Shown: positions 57,942 to 64,000 of the stretch, in pieces
Layout of the letters: every line of letters begins with the position of its first letter
Position numbering within the stretch: the stretch's first letter is position 1
Assembly (NCBI GenBank): GCA_048939015.1
Contig: JBHLPW010000005.1
Location: forward strand, 41,632 to 105,631
Direction of reading: 5' to 3'
DNA from: Promethearchaeota archaeon
Lineage (GTDB): Archaea > Asgardarchaeota > Lokiarchaeia > Sigyniarchaeales > SOKP01
DNA length: 64,000 nucleotides
Translations under genes and position numbers: made by a program
The notes under the pieces: generated by a model
The model's database searches: none
Told to the model about the DNA's origin: nothing
Seen by the model: the letters and a program-made list of their open reading frames with translations, nothing else

Positions 57942-58895
57942 CTAAAGATTTATTTCTAGCTCATAACCAGTTGGAATACCGTTTCTAGCTCCTAATTTTT
58001 GGATACATTTTGCAGCAACAAAATTTCCTATCATTACATTAGATTTAAGATCTTTAAATTCAAAACTAAGATTTCTAATGAAACCATATATAAATCCTGC
58101 GGAAAAAGCATCTCCCGCTCCTGTAGTATCAATAACATGATTAACTTGGAGTGGTTTAATCAATTCCAATTTATTTGAATTTAAAATTATAGCACCATTT
58201 TTTCCCATTGTTACTATTATAACTTTAATTCCTAAATTGAAAAGTATTTTTGCTTTATCTTCAATTATTTGATTATCTAAATTACTTTTTCTAATATGAA
58301 AAAGATTGTGAAATTCCCTACTTGACATTATTAAAATATCAATATTAAAAAATAAGTCTTTTATATTTTCAAAACCTTGGTCAATAATTAACATTCCAGG
58401 ATTCAAAATAATTGGTATACTACTTTCTTTACCAATTTTAGCTGCTTTTTTAAATGGAACTAAATTTCTTAAACTACTCAAGAAAATTATATTAGATTTA
58501 ACTAAGTCTTTTGATGATATATCATCTTCAGAAAGAAAATTTGCAGCTCCGCTGTATGCGTAAATTCTACGATCCCCTTTTTCATTAATAGCCACATATG
58601 CCGACCCTGTTACCGCTTCTGTTGAATATTTTATTAAAGTTGTGTCCAGTGAAATCTCCTTAAAATCTTTTATAATTCTATGTCCAAATTCATCATTACG
58701 ACCAATTTTACCAATAAACCCTGTTTTTAATCCCAATTTAGAGCATGCATAAGCAGTATTGGCAGCAGCCCCTCCTGATAATAATTGTAAATCTGAAACA
58801 AATACTTCATCATCTTCTAAAGGGTGCCTTTCTATTTTAGCGATTATATCTACAAGAGCTGCACCAATACAAATAACATCAAATTCTTTAACCAT
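57942..58895 (-). CDS. PfkB/ribokinase-family carbohydrate/nucleoside kinase
   Basis: GGAAANTA, DTTGAGDAFSAG. Confidence 0.93.
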   Translation of the reverse strand: MVKEFDVICIGAALVDIIAKIERHPLEDDEVFVSDLQLLSGGAAANTAYACSKLGLKTGFIGKIGRNDEFGHRIIKDFKEISLDTTLIKYSTEAVTGSAYVAINEKGDRRIYAYSGAANFLSEDDISSKDLVKSNIIFLSSLRNLVPFKKAAKIGKESSIPIILNPGMLIIDQGFENIKDLFFNIDILIMSSREFHNLFHIRKSNLDNQIIEDKAKILFNLGIKVIIVTMGKNGAIILNSNKLELIKPLQVNHVIDTTGAGDAFSAGFIYGFIRNLSFEFKDLKSNVMIGNFVAAKCIQKLGARNGIPTGYELEINL

Positions 58896-58907
58896 TTACT
58901 TAAACTC

Positions 58908-60089
58908 CTAGTCGTAAGTAAAAGAACCAAATTCTGATTTGACTTCGAGGATGTTTTTACCTTGTATTGGAGATTTTTCACAATGTCCAATTATCTTGGA
59001 ATCAATTTTATATTTTTTAACTATATCTATTATATCTAGTGCTATAGAATTATTACATAATAACTCCATTCGATGCCCCATATTGAAGACACTAAACATT
59101 TCTCTCCATTGAGTTTCAGAGGATCTTTGAATTAGTTCAAAAATTTTAGGAATTGTAAAAAGATTATTTTTAATGTATTTTATGTTTTTACCAAATTTTA
59201 AAATTTTAGTTTGTCCTCCTCCAGTATTATGAATAATTCCATGAATTTCTTTTCTATATTCTTTTAAAATATCTCTCAGGACTGGAGCATAGGTTCTTGT
59301 AGGTGATAATAGTGCTTTACCGATATCCAAATTAAGGTCATCGATCTCATCTGTTAATTTATAATTTCCAAAAAATACAAAATCCTCATCAATACTCTGA
59401 TCATAACATTCAGGATATTTGAGATAATATTCGTGTGAAAGTATACCATGTCTAGCTAATGTTAACCCGTTACTTCCTATTCCACTATTAAATTCTTCTT
59501 CATAAGAAGCTTTTCCATAACTAGCTAATCCTATGATAATATCATCGGATTTAATATTAGTGGCATCAATAATATTTTCTCTTTTCATAGTTGTGAACGC
59601 GGAAGCATCAATTGCTATTGTTTTAACAATATCACCCATATCAGCAGTTTCTCCTCCACACATCTTGACATTTAAGCCCATAGAATTGAGTTTTTCACTA
59701 TAATCATAATATTCCTTAATAATAGTTTCGATAACATCTGCTGGTATTAATTTACTATTCCTTCCAAGATTATTCGAAAAGAAAACATTACCTATTGCAC
59801 CTACACATAAAAAATCATCAAGATTCATGACCATAGCATCCCGTACAACACCTTTAAAAACTGAAATATCACCTGTTTCTTTATAATACATATAAGCTAA
59901 ACTTGCTTTTGTACCTGCACCATCAGAATGAAAGACTGAACAAAACTCTTCTCTATTATTTATATCCTCAACTATTTTACAAAATGCTCCAGGATATAAA
60001 CCTTTATCTATCGATTTTAATGCTTTATGGACATCTTCTTTTTTCGATGATACTCCTAGTTTCCTATACAAATTGTTGTTGTCTTCCAT
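58908..60089 (-). CDS. purM: AIR synthase PurM (Bacteroidetes-like long form)
   Basis: DGAGTK, GGETAD, SNGLTLARH, LLSPTRTY, FNMGHRME; adjacent to purB. Confidence 0.9.
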   Translation of the reverse strand: MEDNNNLYRKLGVSSKKEDVHKALKSIDKGLYPGAFCKIVEDINNREEFCSVFHSDGAGTKASLAYMYYKETGDISVFKGVVRDAMVMNLDDFLCVGAIGNVFFSNNLGRNSKLIPADVIETIIKEYYDYSEKLNSMGLNVKMCGGETADMGDIVKTIAIDASAFTTMKRENIIDATNIKSDDIIIGLASYGKASYEEEFNSGIGSNGLTLARHGILSHEYYLKYPECYDQSIDEDFVFFGNYKLTDEIDDLNLDIGKALLSPTRTYAPVLRDILKEYRKEIHGIIHNTGGGQTKILKFGKNIKYIKNNLFTIPKIFELIQRSSETQWREMFSVFNMGHRMELLCNNSIALDIIDIVKKYKIDSKIIGHCEKSPIQGKNILEVKSEFGSFTYD

Positions 60090-60098
60090 TTTTTATTT

Positions 60099-61457
60099 TT
60101 AAAACTTAAATTTATTTTTAAGAACTTCAATTAAATTTTCTACTTGTTCTACAGCTTTCCCAATATATTTGTGAGGATCAAATAATTCATCTAATTCTTC
60201 CTTTGAGAACTTTTCTTGAATCTTTTGATTTTTAATTAAAATATCTTTCATATTTAAATCTTCTTTCCGAGCTTTTATTGATGCTTGTCTTAGAATTTCA
60301 TGACCTTCTTGTCTTCCTATTCCTTTATTAACTAATTGAACCATGACTTTTTCAGTAAGACAAGCACCTTTCGTAAGGTTAAGATTTTCTGCAATTTTCT
60401 TTTCGTTGAATTCAAGTCCTTTTAATATTTGAGTTAATTGTTTTATCATGTAATCCAAAAATATGAAATTTTCAGCAAATATTACTCTCTCAGATGCAGA
60501 ATTTGTCATATCTCTTTCATCCTCTAAAATTATATTATCTAAGGCGACATTAACATTAGATTTTAACACTCTCGCCAAACTACATATTCTTTCTGATTTA
60601 TGTGGATTTCTTTTGTGAGGCATAGTCGAACTTCCTACTTGTGTTTCTTTAAATGGTTCAAACATCTCTGAAATTTCAGTTTTTTGTAATATTCTGTTTT
60701 CTCTTGCAATTTTAGCTAATGTTTGGCCGATTAGAGCGGTTAAAAATATTACTTCAGCATGCCTATCTCTTTGTACAACTTGGGTTGCTATTAGTACAGG
60801 ATTTAGTTTAAGCTTATTCATTAGATTTTTTTGGATTATTATTCCTTTTTCATCAAAACTAGCCATTGTTCCAACGGCACCAGACATTTTCCCAAATGTT
60901 ATTCGATTTCGGGTTTCAGAAATTCTATCTAGATGCCTACTTACTTCATATGCCCAAACACCAAATCTCATGCCATATGTGGTAGGAATTGCGTGTTGAC
61001 CATGTGTTCTACCAATACATACCAAATTCTTTTTATCCTCTGATATTGTTATTAGGATTCTTAATAAATTTAATAGAGAATTATAAAGATATTCTAAGGC
61101 TTCTCTTAATTGTAAAGCAGTAGCAGTATCCTCAATATCATAACTTGTAGCACCAAGATGAACATAATTACCCGCATCACCTTCACATTGCTCTGCTAAA
61201 CTCTTAACCATAGCCATCAAATCATGATGAATTTCCTTATCAATCTCTTTAACTCTTTTTAATTTTACGTAGTTTAAATTTGCTTTTTTACTTATTTCAT
61301 CTGCAGCTTCTTGTGGAATATTTTTTAGTTCAGCATGAACTTGTGCTAAAGCGGCTTCAACTCTCAACCAAATTTCTAATTTCTTTTCTTCTGTAAAAAT
61401 TTTTGCCATTTCAGTTCGATATCGAGTCTCTATAGGATGAATAAATTTATGCTCCAT
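60099..61457 (-). CDS. purB: Adenylosuccinate lyase
   Basis: HLGATSYDI, GRTHGQHA, GSSTMPHKRNP. Confidence 0.97.
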   Translation of the reverse strand: MEHKFIHPIETRYRTEMAKIFTEEKKLEIWLRVEAALAQVHAELKNIPQEAADEISKKANLNYVKLKRVKEIDKEIHHDLMAMVKSLAEQCEGDAGNYVHLGATSYDIEDTATALQLREALEYLYNSLLNLLRILITISEDKKNLVCIGRTHGQHAIPTTYGMRFGVWAYEVSRHLDRISETRNRITFGKMSGAVGTMASFDEKGIIIQKNLMNKLKLNPVLIATQVVQRDRHAEVIFLTALIGQTLAKIARENRILQKTEISEMFEPFKETQVGSSTMPHKRNPHKSERICSLARVLKSNVNVALDNIILEDERDMTNSASERVIFAENFIFLDYMIKQLTQILKGLEFNEKKIAENLNLTKGACLTEKVMVQLVNKGIGRQEGHEILRQASIKARKEDLNMKDILIKNQKIQEKFSKEELDELFDPHKYIGKAVEQVENLIEVLKNKFKF

Positions 61458-61618
61458 AATTCCATCTCTTTTTCATTTGGACTTAATTAAAATAATGAAA
61501 CATCAAGAAATATATCTTATTTTATTGAAGATATTAATGTTAAAATAATAGTTTAAAAAATTAGAAATTTTAATCACTATATTTAATTATAATTTACTCT
61601 GCAATTAATTAAGACTGT

Positions 61619-61816
61619 ATGAATAACAGAAGTAAATACTATTTTTTTATGTGTTATAATTGTGGAGAATGGTATTATAGTAAAAGAATATTAAAATCAA
61701 AGAAATGCTGGAAATGCAACCATTCATTTTCCTTTAAAAATTCAGCTAAATTTTCAAAAATATGTACTATATGGGATGCCATATCAATAGTTAAGAAATT
61801 GAAGGATAAGAATTAG
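61619..61816 (+). CDS. Small zinc-ribbon protein (DUF1922-like)
   Basis: CYNCG...KKCWKCN; 65 aa. Confidence 0.75.
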   Translation: MNNRSKYYFFMCYNCGEWYYSKRILKSKKCWKCNHSFSFKNSAKFSKICTIWDAISIVKKLKDKN

Positions 61817-61949
61817 ATAAAGTAAGCAAGAATTATTTTACATAAAAAAGAAAGGTATTTAAGCTATTCTTCTCTTATTTTGATGATAAACTGATAAACA
61901 CTAAGTAAAAGTAAATATTAAGACTTTTTATACCTCTCTTATAAGAAAG

Positions 61950-63401
61950 ATGGAAATTTCGGATGAAATTAAAGAAATAGATGAAAATTTAATTAAAAAA
62001 TTAAATCAAATAGCCCAAAATAAAGCTGAATATTGGGATATTAGAGCTGAAGTTAATAATGGAACTAGTTTAGATTTTACTAATCAGAAGAGTAAGGAAA
62101 TTTCATCTTTTGAAATTGTTAATTGTGGTATTAGAGCGTTTAAGAATGGTGGTTGGGGATTTTCTGTATTAAATGATTTAAAAAAAGAGTCTATTAAAAT
62201 AGGATTAGAGAAAGCAATTAACTTAGCTGTTCTTACTGAATCACTTACAAACATCAAGTTTAAAATTGCTCAAAATGAACCCTTGATTCAAAATTACAGA
62301 AGTAAAAGTAAAAAAGAAATAGAAGGAATTGATATTGATGATAAAATTAACTTAGTCAAAAACCATGAAAAAATAGCATCCAAATATTCGCCCTATATAC
62401 AAAATACTCGTACTCTCTATCTGGATGGACATTCTCAAACTTTATTCTTAAACTCATTTGGAAGCAAGGTTATTCAAGATTTATCTTTTGTACGATTATT
62501 TTGTATGGTTTTTGCTAACAAGAATGGAACTATTCAGAAATCTGCTAATTCTGTAGCGGGTGTAGGAGGATATGAAATTGTTGAGACTGAAAAAGCTCAT
62601 AATTTAAGTAGAAAAACTGCTAAAGAAGCAGTAGAATTATTAAATGCCAAATCTCCAATCGGAGGTAAATTAACAGTTATTGCAGACCCTAAATTGACAG
62701 GAACTATAATTCACGAAGCGTTTGGGCACGCATGTGAAGCAGATCTCGTATTGAGTAATGAAAGCGTCTTGAAAGGGATGGTTGGTCAGAAAGTTGCTTC
62801 AGAAAATGTTTCTATTATAGACTTTCCATCAATGGGTCAAGGAAAGCAGTTTAAATTACCCTATGAATTGTTTGGTAGTTATTTTATTGATGATGAAGGA
62901 ATTTCCTCTCAAAAGACTGTAATTATTGAAAATGGGATACTTAAGAATTATTTACATAATTTGGAGACCTCATCAAGAATGAAAGTTCCCTCTAATGGGC
63001 ATGGTAGAGCCTCCACTAGTTCTGAAAGACCACAAGTGCGAATGGGTTACACTTACTTAGAACCTAAAGATTGGAGTATTGAAGATATTATCGAAGACAC
63101 GAAAGAAGGAATTCTATGTGAAGATTTTCAATATGGCTATACTGATCCAACGACAGGTAATTTTCAATTTAAATGTCGAAGTTCATATAGGATCAAAAAT
63201 GGAGAAAAAAGAGAAAATATGAGAGATGTCTCTCTAAGTGGTATGATTCTTGAAGCTTTAAACAAGATATCTGCAATAGGAAATGAAAAATCATTTGATT
63301 ATTCAGTAGGAATGTGCGGAAAAGGTGGTCAACTTGTTAGAGTGTGTGACGGAGCACCTTATATACGTATAGAAAATGTAACTGTTGGAGGATTGAATTA
63401 A
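61950..63401 (+). CDS. tldD: TldD metalloprotease
   Basis: HEAFGHACEAD (HExxxH), DDEG, GHGRA, CGKGGQ. Confidence 0.95.
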   Translation: MEISDEIKEIDENLIKKLNQIAQNKAEYWDIRAEVNNGTSLDFTNQKSKEISSFEIVNCGIRAFKNGGWGFSVLNDLKKESIKIGLEKAINLAVLTESLTNIKFKIAQNEPLIQNYRSKSKKEIEGIDIDDKINLVKNHEKIASKYSPYIQNTRTLYLDGHSQTLFLNSFGSKVIQDLSFVRLFCMVFANKNGTIQKSANSVAGVGGYEIVETEKAHNLSRKTAKEAVELLNAKSPIGGKLTVIADPKLTGTIIHEAFGHACEADLVLSNESVLKGMVGQKVASENVSIIDFPSMGQGKQFKLPYELFGSYFIDDEGISSQKTVIIENGILKNYLHNLETSSRMKVPSNGHGRASTSSERPQVRMGYTYLEPKDWSIEDIIEDTKEGILCEDFQYGYTDPTTGNFQFKCRSSYRIKNGEKRENMRDVSLSGMILEALNKISAIGNEKSFDYSVGMCGKGGQLVRVCDGAPYIRIENVTVGGLN

Positions 63402-64000
63402 ATGGAGTATTCTGACATATACTCACTAGCAGAATTTTGCTTTAAAATAATTGAAAGGGAGATTTCAGAAATAAAAGCTGCAGAAATTTATTTTGAAAAA
63501 AATAATTACATCAACATCGAAATTGAAGAAAATTCAATTAAGAATAGTGAAGTTGGAGAGGATTTCGGAGCTTCTATTAGAGTCATAAATAAAAACGGAG
63601 CACTAGGTTTTGCATATTCTAATAAATTAATTAAGTCTTCTATAGAGAAAGTTTGTAGAATCGCCATCAAAATGATGAAAGTTGCTTCACCAGATCCAGA
63701 TTTTAAAGATTTACCTAATCCATTTAATAATTATCCTAATGTTAAAGATTTATGCGATAAAAATTTAAAATATCTTCAAACAGAAGATGCCTTGGATTAT
63801 GTTAATGATTTGATTGAAGTATGTAAAAAAGATGATGTGGCAATTTCACAATCAGGAAACTTTGTATCAGACTATTCTAAAACGTACATATTTAATTCTA
63901 ACGGTTTAAATATCTCTAAAAAAGAAACTAGTTGTTTAATTTCTTCTAACATTATAGTAAAAGATAATATAAGTAAAGAAACATCCTCAGGTTCTGAAAG
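63402..64000 (+). CDS. tldE: TldE/PmbA partner subunit (3' end truncated by the window edge)
   Basis: Not in the ORF track: ATG at 63402 directly after the tldD stop, MEYSDIYSLAEF...AEIYF...GASIRVINKNGALGFAYS, open to the end of the window. Confidence 0.88.
   Translation, partial: MEYSDIYSLAEFCFKIIEREISEIKAAEIYFEKNNYINIEIEENSIKNSEVGEDFGASIRVINKNGALGFAYSNKLIKSSIEKVCRIAIKMMKVASPDPDFKDLPNPFNNYPNVKDLCDKNLKYLQTEDALDYVNDLIEVCKKDDVAISQSGNFVSDYSKTYIFNSNGLNISKKETSCLISSNIIVKDNISKETSSGSE

Noticed and set aside
296-60109. Numerous short antisense or alternate-frame ORFs in the track (e.g. 296-637, 1166-1501, 10706-11020, 26316-26753, 45627-45932)
   Set aside because: They lie inside well-supported genes, have no motifs, and show shadow-ORF composition
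61881-61894. TGATGA-TAAA-CTGA as a C/D box sRNA or kink-turn
   Set aside because: No room for a guide sequence, a weak flanking stem, and it lies upstream of the likely tldD TATA box at about 61926
61619-64000. 65-aa Cys-rich ORF as a RiPP precursor processed by TldD/E
   Set aside because: Its Cys residues form a CxxC...CxxC zinc ribbon, and no YcaO or other maturase is nearby
1-64000. CRISPR arrays, tRNA/rRNA genes, IS elements or provirus
   Set aside because: No regularly spaced repeats, no GC-rich structural RNA-like segments, and no transposase, integrase or capsid motifs; the intergenic gaps are short and AT-rich

Overview
A gene-dense, very AT-rich archaeal chromosomal segment. The gene content (exosome superoperon, Cdc48, aIF5A with a GKHGHAK motif, a roadblock/LC7 protein, a giant 40-aa-repeat TPR protein) points to an Asgard archaeon, most likely Lokiarchaeia; this is an inference. 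About 59 CDSs are present, and I found no rRNA, tRNA, CRISPR array or transposase. Housekeeping blocks: SBDS-rrp4-rrp41-rrp42-rpl37ae-pcc1-pfdB-DHH-ECF-cgi121; THUMP/TsaC; a four-subunit 2-oxoacid:ferredoxin oxidoreductase; PPi-type PFK; cdc48-fen1-nob1-NAD kinase-aIF5A-srp54; nadC; purM/purB; tldD/tldE. The main candidates for new biology are: (i) a 1835-aa SIR2(NADase-class)-TPR protein with no NTPase module; (ii) a 36-45 kb cluster with a YoaD-like dehydrogenase fused to a class II aldolase, an LsrK/YoaC-like kinase, a membrane-tethered SCP2 protein and a DHDPS-like barrel that lacks its catalytic residues, fused to an APH-type kinase; (iii) an orphan AbiEii-like nucleotidyltransferase; (iv) several degenerate enzymes or regulators (TrmY-like, NikR-like); (v) a tandem MFS duplication with a conserved promoter and likely gene-conversion tracts; (vi) possible ATA start codons. 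All calls come from motif recognition by eye, with no database searches.
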